From: Candidatus Brocadiia bacterium
GTDB lineage: Bacteria > Planctomycetota > Brocadiia > SM23-32
Length of the DNA stretch: 25,760 bases
Direction: 5' to 3'
Assembly: GCA_046538485.1 (NCBI GenBank)
Contig: JBKHIT010000065.1
Span: 1 to 25,760 of the forward strand
Both the position numbers and the translations under genes were made by a program. Shown here piece by piece: positions 17,730 to 25,760 of this stretch. Positions within the stretch are counted from its first letter, which is position 1, and each line of letters starts with the position of its first letter. The notes below the pieces were generated by a model. That model was not told where the DNA came from. It ran no database searches and worked only from the letters and a program-made list of their open reading frames with translations.

Positions 17730-17737
17730 GGGAGTAA

Positions 17738-19318
17738 ATGATGAACCTGATACCTTTGATGGTCGGTATTCCGCTCGGCGCCGGTTTTGTGCTGGCTCTG
17801 ATGCCAAAAAGTAAACCCCGTATTTCCGATTTGCTGGCGAACGCGGCGGCTGTCAGTCTCGTGTGCCTGGCAATGGCGCTTCTGGGGCGAACCGCAGTTT
17901 ACAAACTGGGTGGCTGGCCTCCGCCGCTGGGGATAAACCTTGTGCTGGACGGGCTGAGCTGGCTGATGCTGGCAATCGTCTCGGTGATAAGTTTTGCCGC
18001 CACGCTTTTCAGCGTCTACTACATGGACCGCTATACCGGCCGTCCCCGGTATTATGCGTTGTTCATGCTGATGCTGGCCGGTATGAACGGGGCCATCCTC
18101 TCGGGAGATATGTTCAACCTCTATGTTTTTGTGGAAATTGCCGCCGTCTCCTCCTACGCCCTGGTGGGATTCGGATGTCAGGAGGAAGAACTTGAGGCGG
18201 CGTTTAAATACGCCGTCCTCGGAGCCGTTGCTTCGGCGTTCATTTTGCTCGGCGTCGCCGTTCTGTACTGCCTCTACGGCACGGTCAACATGGCCCATCT
18301 GAGCCGGCAAATGGCGGGAGTCGAGGCCGAAAACATGCCACGGATATTTGCGCTCTGTCTTCTCCTGGTAGGACTCGGGTTGAAATCGGCCCTCGTGCCG
18401 TTTCATGCCTGGTTGCCGGACGCACATCCGTCGGCGCCGGCTCCCATCTCGGCTATGCTTTCCGGCGTGTTGATCAAAGCCATCGGCGTTTACGCCCTTA
18501 TCAGAGTGATGTTCAGCGTCTTCGGCATAACGCCGGAAGCGGCTCAGGCCCTGATGTGGCTCGGGACTCTGTCGATGGTCGTGGGTGTTGCGCTGGCCCT
18601 GGCCCAGTGGGATTTCAAAAGATTGCTCGCCTATCACAGCATCTCTCAGATTGGATACGTAATCCTGGGTGTCGGAGTGGGAGGCTACCTCCTGGCGAAA
18701 CAGCATCAGGAAACCGTTGCAGCCCTGGCAATCGTGGCGGGCCTGTTCCATCTGATCAACCATGCAGTCTTTAAATCACTCTTGTTCTTTACAGCGGGTT
18801 CCGTGGAATACCGCACAGGCACACGAGAGCTTAAAGAACTCGGAGGACTTCGAGAACGGATGCCGGTTACCGGCGGAGCTTCCCTCGTCGCTTCTCTTTC
18901 GATAGCCGGTGTGCCTCCTTTCAACGGATTCGTGAGCAAGCTGATGATTATTTACGCCTGCGTGCATGCCCATCGTTACGGCTATGCATTCTGGGCAGTC
19001 GTCGTCAGCATCCTGACCCTGGCCTCTTTTATGAAGGTCCAGAAATACGCGTTCTTCGGCAAACTGCGCGAAAACTGGCAAAAAGTGAGAGAAGTTCCGT
19101 TCCTGATGTGTGCTGCCATGGTTCTTCTATCGCTTTTATGCCTCGGGATGAGTCTGCTCGCGATTCCGAGCGCAAGGGCGACGGTGCTTGATCCCGCGCA
19201 GAAAGCACTTGCCGGCCGCAACGACTATGTGCAAAGCGTGCTGGGGAAAGAGACGCGGGCGGAAAAGGACACGAACAGAATTCAAACAGCGGAGACCGAA
19301 CCATGGGACGAAGATTAG
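17738..19318 (+). CDS. mnhD: Mrp antiporter subunit D (MbhH-like)
   Basis: GGWPPPLGI, DMFNLYVFVEI, KSALVPFHAWLPDAH, KRLLAYHSISQIGY, GVPPFNGFVSK. Confidence 0.92.
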   Translation: MMNLIPLMVGIPLGAGFVLALMPKSKPRISDLLANAAAVSLVCLAMALLGRTAVYKLGGWPPPLGINLVLDGLSWLMLAIVSVISFAATLFSVYYMDRYTGRPRYYALFMLMLAGMNGAILSGDMFNLYVFVEIAAVSSYALVGFGCQEEELEAAFKYAVLGAVASAFILLGVAVLYCLYGTVNMAHLSRQMAGVEAENMPRIFALCLLLVGLGLKSALVPFHAWLPDAHPSAPAPISAMLSGVLIKAIGVYALIRVMFSVFGITPEAAQALMWLGTLSMVVGVALALAQWDFKRLLAYHSISQIGYVILGVGVGGYLLAKQHQETVAALAIVAGLFHLINHAVFKSLLFFTAGSVEYRTGTRELKELGGLRERMPVTGGASLVASLSIAGVPPFNGFVSKLMIIYACVHAHRYGYAFWAVVVSILTLASFMKVQKYAFFGKLRENWQKVREVPFLMCAAMVLLSLLCLGMSLLAIPSARATVLDPAQKALAGRNDYVQSVLGKETRAEKDTNRIQTAETEPWDED

Positions 19319-19815
19319 CCACATTTGTTTTCGCATTTCTCGCGTGGTGCCTGCTGGCCTGGCCCTACGGTGAGGCGGCCGGCGGTTGGGATATGCAAAT
19401 CTTGATCGTCGGGCTCGGGGCTGCGCTGCTCGTCGCTCTTATCTGCGGGGAAGGTCTGGGCGATAAATCGCTCCAGCTCTTCAATCCCGTCCGGTGGTTC
19501 TGGTTGCTGTGCTACATTCCGGTCTTTGCATACTACTGCGCGAAAGCCAACCTGCAGGTGGCGTACCTCGTTTTGCACCCCGAGATGCCCATCAAGCCGG
19601 GAATAGTGAAGGTGAAAACGCGGCTTCAGAGCAAGGCGGCCCTGACGGCCCTGGCGAACTGTATCACGCTGACCCCGGGAACGCTAACTGTTGAAATGGA
19701 AGATGACGGCACGCTTTACGTCCATTGGATCGAGGTCAAATCGACACAAGAAGACGAAACGAGTGCTGAAATTTGTGAGAGGTTTGATGGTTTCCTGAAA
19801 AAAATTATGGAGTAG
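19303..19815 (+). CDS. mnhE: Mrp antiporter subunit E (MbhA-like)
   Basis: PIKPGIV, LANCITLTPGTLTV, LYVHWI. Confidence 0.93.
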   Translation: MGRRLATFVFAFLAWCLLAWPYGEAAGGWDMQILIVGLGAALLVALICGEGLGDKSLQLFNPVRWFWLLCYIPVFAYYCAKANLQVAYLVLHPEMPIKPGIVKVKTRLQSKAALTALANCITLTPGTLTVEMEDDGTLYVHWIEVKSTQEDETSAEICERFDGFLKKIME

Positions 19816-19855
19816 AAATCCTGCTTCGGCACGCAAAAAAACAGGCTGGACTATC

Positions 19856-20122
19856 ATGGAAGAGATCATATACACCGGTTTAGCGGTTCTGGTGGTCGCA
19901 AGCTACCTCTGTCTGTACAGGATAGGGCGTGGTCCCACGGCGCCCGATCGCACCGTCGCGATCGACATCCTCGGTGTCATCCTCGTGGGCTTCTGCGCAC
20001 TCCTGAGTGTCCTGACGGGCAAAGGTTTCTACATCAGCGTGGCGCTGGCCTGGGCGCTGTTGAGTTTCATCGGGACGATTGCCCTGTCGAAACACCTGGA
20101 GGGGAGAGGCTTCGATGAATGA
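19856..20122 (+). CDS. mnhF: Mrp antiporter subunit F (MbhB-like)
   Basis: GPTAPDRTVAID, LSFIGT; 3 TM segments. Confidence 0.92.
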   Translation: MEEIIYTGLAVLVVASYLCLYRIGRGPTAPDRTVAIDILGVILVGFCALLSVLTGKGFYISVALAWALLSFIGTIALSKHLEGRGFDE

Positions 20123-20459
20123 ATACATAGGTTTGGCCATAATCGCCGTTGGACTACTGTTCGATCTTTTCGGCTGCATCGGGCTTGTGCGGCTGCCCGA
20201 CCTCTACACCCGCCTTCAGGCGGCTACCAAGACGGTGACGCTCGGGACGTGTCTGATTCTGATCGGGACCTGCATCTATTTCGGTTTCGGCAGCATCGGT
20301 GCGAAGGCCCTGCTTTGTATGGCTTTTGTTCTGGTGACTTCCCCCACGGCGGCCCATGCGATTGCGCGGGGGGCTTACGAAGCCGGCATAAAAATGCAGG
20401 AACCAACGGTCGTCAATCAATACGAGGATTCTCGGTCACAAAAACAAGAGGCTGAATGA
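20115..20459 (+). CDS. mnhG: Mrp antiporter subunit G (MbhC-like)
   Basis: GLVRLPDLYTRLQAATK, SPTAAHAIARGA; ATG 20115 overlaps the end of mnhF. Confidence 0.93.
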   Translation: MNEYIGLAIIAVGLLFDLFGCIGLVRLPDLYTRLQAATKTVTLGTCLILIGTCIYFGFGSIGAKALLCMAFVLVTSPTAAHAIARGAYEAGIKMQEPTVVNQYEDSRSQKQEAE

Positions 20460-21052
20460 TGCGTGCTCCCAAACTGCGTGAGCTGAAGGAAGCCATAATC
20501 GCTCTTATCAAAGGGCCTTACACGGCCAGTTTCCCGGCCGAACCGACACCGCTGCCCGAAGCGTTCCGAGGATGCCCGCGTTTTGATGAAGAGAAGTGTG
20601 TCGGATGTGGCGCATGCACGAATGTCTGTCCCACGGGTGCCTGTGCGATGGAGGATGATCCTGAATCCCGCACGCGCCGTATCACCATTCGCCTCGACCG
20701 ATGCATCTTCTGCGGACAGTGCCATGCCAACTGTCTCACCGAAGAAGGTGTTACGCAGACCGCCGAATACGATCTGGCAACAACCGATCGGAGCGAGTTG
20801 CACGAGGACATTGAGAAGGATCTGATCCTCTGTGAGACATGCGGTGCGGTTATTGGAGCCGAAGATCACATCCGCTGGGTCGCCGATCAGCTCGGGCCGG
20901 TGGCATTTGCCAACCCGACGCTACTTCTGAGCAAAATGCGCGATCTGGAAGCCGTCGACGAACTCCCGGAACCGTCCGAGGATTTGCACCGGGCCGACCG
21001 ACTCCGCATCACCTGCCCGAAATGCCGTCAGACGACCTCTCTGCTGGCCTGA
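20456..21052 (+). CDS. 2x[4Fe-4S] ferredoxin-like subunit (NuoI/MbhN/HycF-like)
   Basis: GPYTASFP, FRG, CVGCGACTNVCP, CIFCGQCHANC, plus extra CETC and CPKC pairs. Confidence 0.92.
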   Translation: MMRAPKLRELKEAIIALIKGPYTASFPAEPTPLPEAFRGCPRFDEEKCVGCGACTNVCPTGACAMEDDPESRTRRITIRLDRCIFCGQCHANCLTEEGVTQTAEYDLATTDRSELHEDIEKDLILCETCGAVIGAEDHIRWVADQLGPVAFANPTLLLSKMRDLEAVDELPEPSEDLHRADRLRITCPKCRQTTSLLA

Positions 21053-21114
21053 TTTTCCTTGCTGTTCTTCTGCTCTGCAGGGGGCCATAAACTCCGAACG
21101 CTGGGGACCGGTCC

Positions 21115-21350
21115 GGCTGCGGGAATGGACCGATAACTGGCTGCAGGATCGCGTCCTGGTGGTCAAAGGCGTGGCGGGCACGGAGAGCGATAAACCATTA
21201 TCAGCACCTGAAGAATTTGGGGGTTGATCTATTTGTAATGATAACATGCCTAAACCTCGCGTGTGGCTTCAGTGAAACTTGCAAAAGAGCCGGATGCGGG
21301 AAAACCCCATGTCCGGTTCGACGAGGGGGGGTATGCCCTCCCTGCTCTAC
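21115..21350 (+). mobile_element. 3' remnant of a group II intron (domain V + VI, possibly with a decayed IEP tail)
   Basis: DV GAGCCGGATGCGGGAAAACCCCATGTCCGGTTC (21287-21319) with AGC triad, followed by a DVI hairpin ending CTCTAC (21350). No 5' domains or intact RT ORF. The 5' boundary is approximate. Confidence 0.8.
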
Positions 21351-21383
21351 TGGTGAGAACTCGTTGCTGGGGTTTGGTTTCTG

Positions 21384-21461
21384 GTTACTGATCACCGGTC
21401 ACCGATCACCCGCCGTCTTCTCTCCGTTTCTCAGTTCACTCTAAACTCTGAACTCTCAACT
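21384..21461 (+). repeat. Two short 7-mer tandem arrays
   Basis: GTTACTG-ATCACCG-GTCACCG-ATCACCC (21384-21411) and ACTCTAA-ACTCTGA-ACTCTCA-ACT (21438-21461). Confidence 0.75.
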
Positions 21462-21475
21462 TGCTCCCCCAGCCG

Positions 21476-21505
21476 TTGCACCCAAACCCCCTTTCCTTAT
21501 AAACT
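21476..21505 (+). promoter_or_regulatory. Possible sigma70 promoter of the R-M gene
   Basis: TTGCAC (21476-21481)-N18-TAAACT (21500-21505), 35 bp before the ATG at 21541. Confidence 0.3.
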
Positions 21506-21540
21506 GTGTATGCAATCGCTCCTCGAACGGGGATCCAAAC

Positions 21541-24500
21541 ATGGCGGCTGAATATATCCACAACAATAAACTGTTCTCCGATTACTATCTCGACAAACTC
21601 CTGCCGGAACGGGATGAATGGGATCGCGATTGCTCACACGTGCGCGATGAACTCTCCCGCCTGCTTGATGACCGGCGTCGGGCCCTCCCCACGCTGAACG
21701 AGGCACAGACCGAGGAGGATTTCATCCGGCCCGTGCTGCGCGCGCTGGGATGGGAGTTCCAGCCGCAGGTCAGGTTCCGCCGACGCGAACGGATTGAAAT
21801 CCCCGATTACGCGCTGTTCGCCTCGGCGGACGATAAAACGGTCGCTCAGTCGACCCGGGAGGATCGCGCGGATGTATGCGGAGCGGAATATCTCGAGAAA
21901 ACCGCAGCGCTGGGGGAGGCGAAATACTGGCAGCGTCCGCTCGAAGAACGTGAGGCCGAAAATGACCGTGAACGCCGACGTGACCAACGCCGCTCCCCCC
22001 ACTTCCAGATCATCGACTACATCGACGACGCGGATGTGCGCTGGGGGATCCTCACCAACGGGCGACGCTGGCGACTCTATTTCGGGGGCGGCGATACCGC
22101 CCAGATCCTCTACTACGAGGCCGACCTCAAGGCCATCCTGGAGTCCGGCGACGCCGATGATTTCCGCCGTTTCTACCTCTTTTTCTCCGCCGATGCCTTC
22201 CGTCCCGACGAGGATGAGCTCTGCCTGCTCGACCACGTGCGCGAGGAGAGCCAGCAATACGCCGAAGCGGTGGAAGAACGGCTCAAAGAACGCGTCTTCG
22301 ACAGCGTCGTGCCGGCACTGGCCGGGGGGTTCCTGCGCCACATCCGACGCGAGAAGGGGATCGAGGTGGGCACCGGTGACCGCGAGCAGCTCGACGACAT
22401 CTACAACGGCACGCTCCTGCTGCTCTATCGCCTGTTCTTCCTGCTCTTCGCCGAATCGCGCGAACTGATCGCCGTCGGCGAAAGCAGCGGTTACGACGGG
22501 AAAAGCCTGGAACATCTAAAACGGGAGATCTTCGAGGCCAGAAACAGCGGCATCAGCCTGGGCGCCCGCTCCACCGACTGGTGGGACGATCTGACCAATC
22601 TGTTCGACGTCATCAACGGCGGCGACCCCGGCCTCAACGTCCCGTGCTACAACGGCGGACTCTTCCATCCGGAGGGCCTGGGCGACCCGGATATTGCCCC
22701 GGCGGCCCGGTTCCTGGAGGAACACACCATCGCCGACCGCGAACTGGCCGAAGCCATCATGCTCCTGACCCGCGACGTGGCCACCGAGGACGCCTGCGAT
22801 GATCCCCGTTTCATCGACTTCCGCGATCTGGGTGTGCGGCATCTGGGATCGGTCTACGAGGGACTGCTGGAGTTCAAACTCCGCGTCGCCGACGAGCATC
22901 TGACCAGGGCCACCGAGGACGGTAAACCGGTCTGGCAACCGACCGACGATCCGGCGGAGGCCGACCGCGAGCCGGGCGATCTGTATCTGACCAACGATAA
23001 GAGCGAACGCAAAGCCACCGGCTCCTACTACACCCCCGATTACATCGTGCGCTACATCGTCGAAAACACCATCGGCCCGCAGATCGACCGGATCGAGAGG
23101 GAACATGCGCTGGCCGGGGAGATCCAGTCCGACGAGGGAGACCGACGCGGATGGGACGAACTGCTCGACGAGGTGCTGGCCGATAAAGGCGAGGATGAAA
23201 CCCACAACGTGCGCGAGCTGTTCGAGAAGGTCCAGTCCGACGCGGACCGGCGGAGGATTCTGCTCAACCAGCTCGATGGTCCCCAGCCCGACCACGATTA
23301 CGATCCGCCGACGCGGCTGCTGGAGCTTAACGTGCTGGATCCGGCGCTGGGCAGCGGGCATTTTCTGGTGGGCGCGCTGGACTACATCACGACGCGGCTG
23401 GCGGGGATGTTGAGCGAATACGCGGATTCGCCGGTCTTCGAGCGCATCCGCGAGGACCGGGCCCGGATCGTGGAGTCGCTGGCCGGGCAGGATATCCAGG
23501 CGGACGAAGACAAGCTGACCGACGAAAATTTATTGCGTCGGATGGTGATGAAGCGGTGTCTGTACGGGGTCGATCTCAACCCGCTGGCGGTGGAGCTCTC
23601 GAAACTCAGCCTCTGGCTGCACGCCTTCACGGCGGGCGCGCCGCTCTCGTTTCTGGACCATCACGTGAAATGCGGCAACAGTCTGATCGGCACGACGCTG
23701 GATGAGCTGGAGCGGCGCGTGGAGCAGGCACCGGGCCTGTTCCGTCTGCGCATGGAGCCGCTGGAGCGGGCGGTGGACCACATGCTGACGGTGGCGGAGC
23801 TGAGCGACGCCAGTTTCGAGGACGTCCAGCGCAGCCGGGAGGAATACTGGAAGGCCGACGCGCGGGTGGAGGCCTACCGCGCGCTGCTGGACAGCCTGAC
23901 GGCCGAACATTTCGGCGTCGACGATGCCAGCCATTTCATCGATTACGGCATGGACATCGATCTGGAGAATTTTGAGGAGAGCGTCGCGGAATTCCCCGAG
24001 GAGGATCAGGAGCGACTGGACGAGGCACGACGCGTGGCGCACGAGCGCCGTTTCTTCCACTGGAACGTGGAGTTCCCGGAGGTGTTTTTCGAACGCCGTA
24101 ACGGCGGCGTCCGCGGCAAGGACGACGCCGGATTCGATGCCGTCGTGGGTAATCCGCCGTATGTGCGACAGGAACAGCTCGGCAGCGACAAGGAGTATTA
24201 CGAGCTGGCGTATGAGGTGTATCACGGCGTCGCGGACATCTACGTGTATTTCTACGAGCTCGGCCACGAGATGCTCCAGCCGGCCGGGTTGTTCGGCATG
24301 ATCACGTCGAACAAATTCATGCGGGCGAATTATGGCGACCCGTTACGGGAGTTCCTGGGGGAAAAGTGCAGGATGCAGCAGCTCATCGATTTCGGCGACC
24401 TGCCGGTTTTCGGAGAAGTGACGGCGTATCCGGTCATCTGCATTTCAGCGCACCGCGACGTCGGCGACGGCGTGCGCTATCTGGAGATCTCCGACCTGGA

Positions 24501-25320
24501 TTTCCGGGAACTTCAGGAGAAAGTGGGAAAAGAGGGCGACGTTCTGCCGGCATCGGCGTTTGAGGGCTACAACTGGTCCCTGACCGATGCGGAAACCTGC
24601 GCCGTGCTGCAGAAGATGGAACGATACGGCGTGGAGCTGGGCAAGCTCGTGGATGGAGAAATTTACAGGGGGGTTTTGACGGGATTTAACGAGGCGTTCA
24701 TTATCGACGACGAGAAGCGCCGGGAACTGATCGAGGAGGATCCCAGGAGCGAGGAGCTCATCAAACCGCTGGTGGTGGGGCAGGATGTAAAGCGATATCA
24801 CGTGAACCGGGAGGATAGATGGCTGATATTTACGCGACGAGGCATCGATATCGACGCGTACCCTGCGATAAAGAAGCATCTCGGACAATGGCGGGAGGAT
24901 CTGGAACCAAAGAAGACAAGCAGTCAGTCGGGGCCGGGCCGAAAACCCGGAGACTATGAGTGGTATGAGATACAGGATACGGTAGATTATTTTACAGAAT
25001 TCGAGAAACCGAAGTTGATGTTGCCCGACATTGCGGCCAGAGCGACGGTGTATTGGGACGATGAGGGATTGTATGGAACAAACACTTGTTACTTTACTCC
25101 GATGCCCAGCAGGACCACATGCGCTTTAGTCAACTCACGTCTGATAACCGCATGGTACGCGCAGACTGCTGCAACTTATCGTGGTGGATATCTCCGTTTT
25201 TTCACGCAGGATGTTGAGAGAATCCCCATCCGCCGCACATTCCACACCACGCCGGAGAAGGAGCGCGAGGAGCAGGTGGAGGAGCTGAAAACGCTGTATG
25301 CGGAGGCGGTGGAAGAATAG
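21541..25320 (+). CDS. Fused type IIG (Eco57I-like) restriction endonuclease / N6-adenine methyltransferase with C-terminal TRD
   Basis: PD...EAK nuclease (IPDYAL, LGEAKY), WGILTNGRRWRLY, YNGGLF, LGSVYEGLL, RKATGSYYTP, motif I VLDPALGSGHFL, motif IV FDAVVGNPPY, TaqI-C-like TRD. Confidence 0.92.
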   Translation: MAAEYIHNNKLFSDYYLDKLLPERDEWDRDCSHVRDELSRLLDDRRRALPTLNEAQTEEDFIRPVLRALGWEFQPQVRFRRRERIEIPDYALFASADDKTVAQSTREDRADVCGAEYLEKTAALGEAKYWQRPLEEREAENDRERRRDQRRSPHFQIIDYIDDADVRWGILTNGRRWRLYFGGGDTAQILYYEADLKAILESGDADDFRRFYLFFSADAFRPDEDELCLLDHVREESQQYAEAVEERLKERVFDSVVPALAGGFLRHIRREKGIEVGTGDREQLDDIYNGTLLLLYRLFFLLFAESRELIAVGESSGYDGKSLEHLKREIFEARNSGISLGARSTDWWDDLTNLFDVINGGDPGLNVPCYNGGLFHPEGLGDPDIAPAARFLEEHTIADRELAEAIMLLTRDVATEDACDDPRFIDFRDLGVRHLGSVYEGLLEFKLRVADEHLTRATEDGKPVWQPTDDPAEADREPGDLYLTNDKSERKATGSYYTPDYIVRYIVENTIGPQIDRIEREHALAGEIQSDEGDRRGWDELLDEVLADKGEDETHNVRELFEKVQSDADRRRILLNQLDGPQPDHDYDPPTRLLELNVLDPALGSGHFLVGALDYITTRLAGMLSEYADSPVFERIREDRARIVESLAGQDIQADEDKLTDENLLRRMVMKRCLYGVDLNPLAVELSKLSLWLHAFTAGAPLSFLDHHVKCGNSLIGTTLDELERRVEQAPGLFRLRMEPLERAVDHMLTVAELSDASFEDVQRSREEYWKADARVEAYRALLDSLTAEHFGVDDASHFIDYGMDIDLENFEESVAEFPEEDQERLDEARRVAHERRFFHWNVEFPEVFFERRNGGVRGKDDAGFDAVVGNPPYVRQEQLGSDKEYYELAYEVYHGVADIYVYFYELGHEMLQPAGLFGMITSNKFMRANYGDPLREFLGEKCRMQQLIDFGDLPVFGEVTAYPVICISAHRDVGDGVRYLEISDLDFRELQEKVGKEGDVLPASAFEGYNWSLTDAETCAVLQKMERYGVELGKLVDGEIYRGVLTGFNEAFIIDDEKRRELIEEDPRSEELIKPLVVGQDVKRYHVNREDRWLIFTRRGIDIDAYPAIKKHLGQWREDLEPKKTSSQSGPGRKPGDYEWYEIQDTVDYFTEFEKPKLMLPDIAARATVYWDDEGLYGTNTCYFTPMPSRTTCALVNSRLITAWYAQTAATYRGGYLRFFTQDVERIPIRRTFHTTPEKEREEQVEELKTLYAEAVEE

Positions 25321-25398
25321 TTGCTGGTTTGATGGTGAACTGATTAAAGCGCTGGAGCTGGTTGTTGGTGAACAGATTGAGGTGGTGGAAGGATAAAC

Positions 25399-25669
25399 GT
25401 AATCGGTTATCGGTGATCTGTAATCGGTAATCGGTGTTCAGGCAACGGTATACGACAATATCGTTTGTAGTCAAAGCCTGCATCTGTGTAATCAGTGTAA
25501 TCTGTGGACCTGAAAGCCGTTGCCGTCAGCCGTTAATAATAGAACAAAGCCGTTCCGTTCTTCGTGTTCTTCGAGCCCTTCGTGGTCAAATCGCCGTTGC
25601 GTCGTTGCTGTTATGCCGTTAATAATAAAAACGGCCGTTGCCGTCCTCCGCGCCTCTGCGTCTCTGCGG
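25399..25669 (+). repeat. Stack of short tandem arrays (7-, 9-, 9- and 8-mer) with GCCGTT-rich linkers
   Basis: GTAATCG-like x6 (25399-25440); ATCTGTGTA-like x3 (25482-25507); CTTCGTGTT-like x3 (25560-25585); CTCTGCGT-like x3 (25646-25669). GCCGTTAATAATA and GCCGTTGCCGTC each occur twice. Confidence 0.8.
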
Positions 25670-25760
25670 GATACTCGTCGTTGTGGTGAGTTGTTTGCCC
25701 CCGCAGCCGCAGCCATTTTAAAGGGGGAGTTAATCAGAGACAATCAACGAAATCGGAAAT

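Noticed and set aside
3927..18763. Long antisense ORFs (e.g. 3927-4826, 6680-7966, 7920-9038, 13631-14455, 17693-18763)
   Set aside because: They shadow well-supported plus-strand genes and contain no motifs.
11442..21052. Operon as respiratory complex I or a Ni-free MBS/Ehr complex
   Set aside because: The large subunit keeps both CxxC Ni-binding motifs and a cleavable tail. There is no NuoA/J/E/F/G, and Mrp E/F/G are present.
21053..21110. Intrinsic terminator after the hydrogenase operon
   Set aside because: No convincing GC hairpin followed by a U tract.
25399..25669. CRISPR array
   Set aside because: Units are 7-9 nt without unique spacers, and there are no cas genes.

Overview
GC-rich bacterial window with four parts. 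(1) 1-1350 is non-coding. It holds a palindromic REP/MITE-like element and, on the minus strand, an ORF-less RNA whose motifs follow the order of a group IIA intron but with an unusual domain V. (2) 1412-6573 is a sigma70-driven H2-sensing operon: a regulatory group 2b-type [NiFe] hydrogenase (HupU/HoxB, HupV/HoxC), a HupT/HoxJ-like PAS kinase and an NtrC-family sigma54 activator. (3) 7360-21052 is an operon behind a predicted sigma54 promoter: two more signalling genes, an AsrA/AsrB (HydB/HydG)-like flavin/Fe-S NAD(P)H module, and a complete Mrp-linked group 4 membrane-bound [NiFe] hydrogenase. A shared GGGGCA-N3-TGCCCC palindrome occurs near both promoters. (4) 21100-25760 holds a 3' group II intron remnant and a fused type IIG restriction-modification gene flanked by short tandem repeat arrays. 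Family assignments come from motif recognition and recall only; no searches or folding programs were run.
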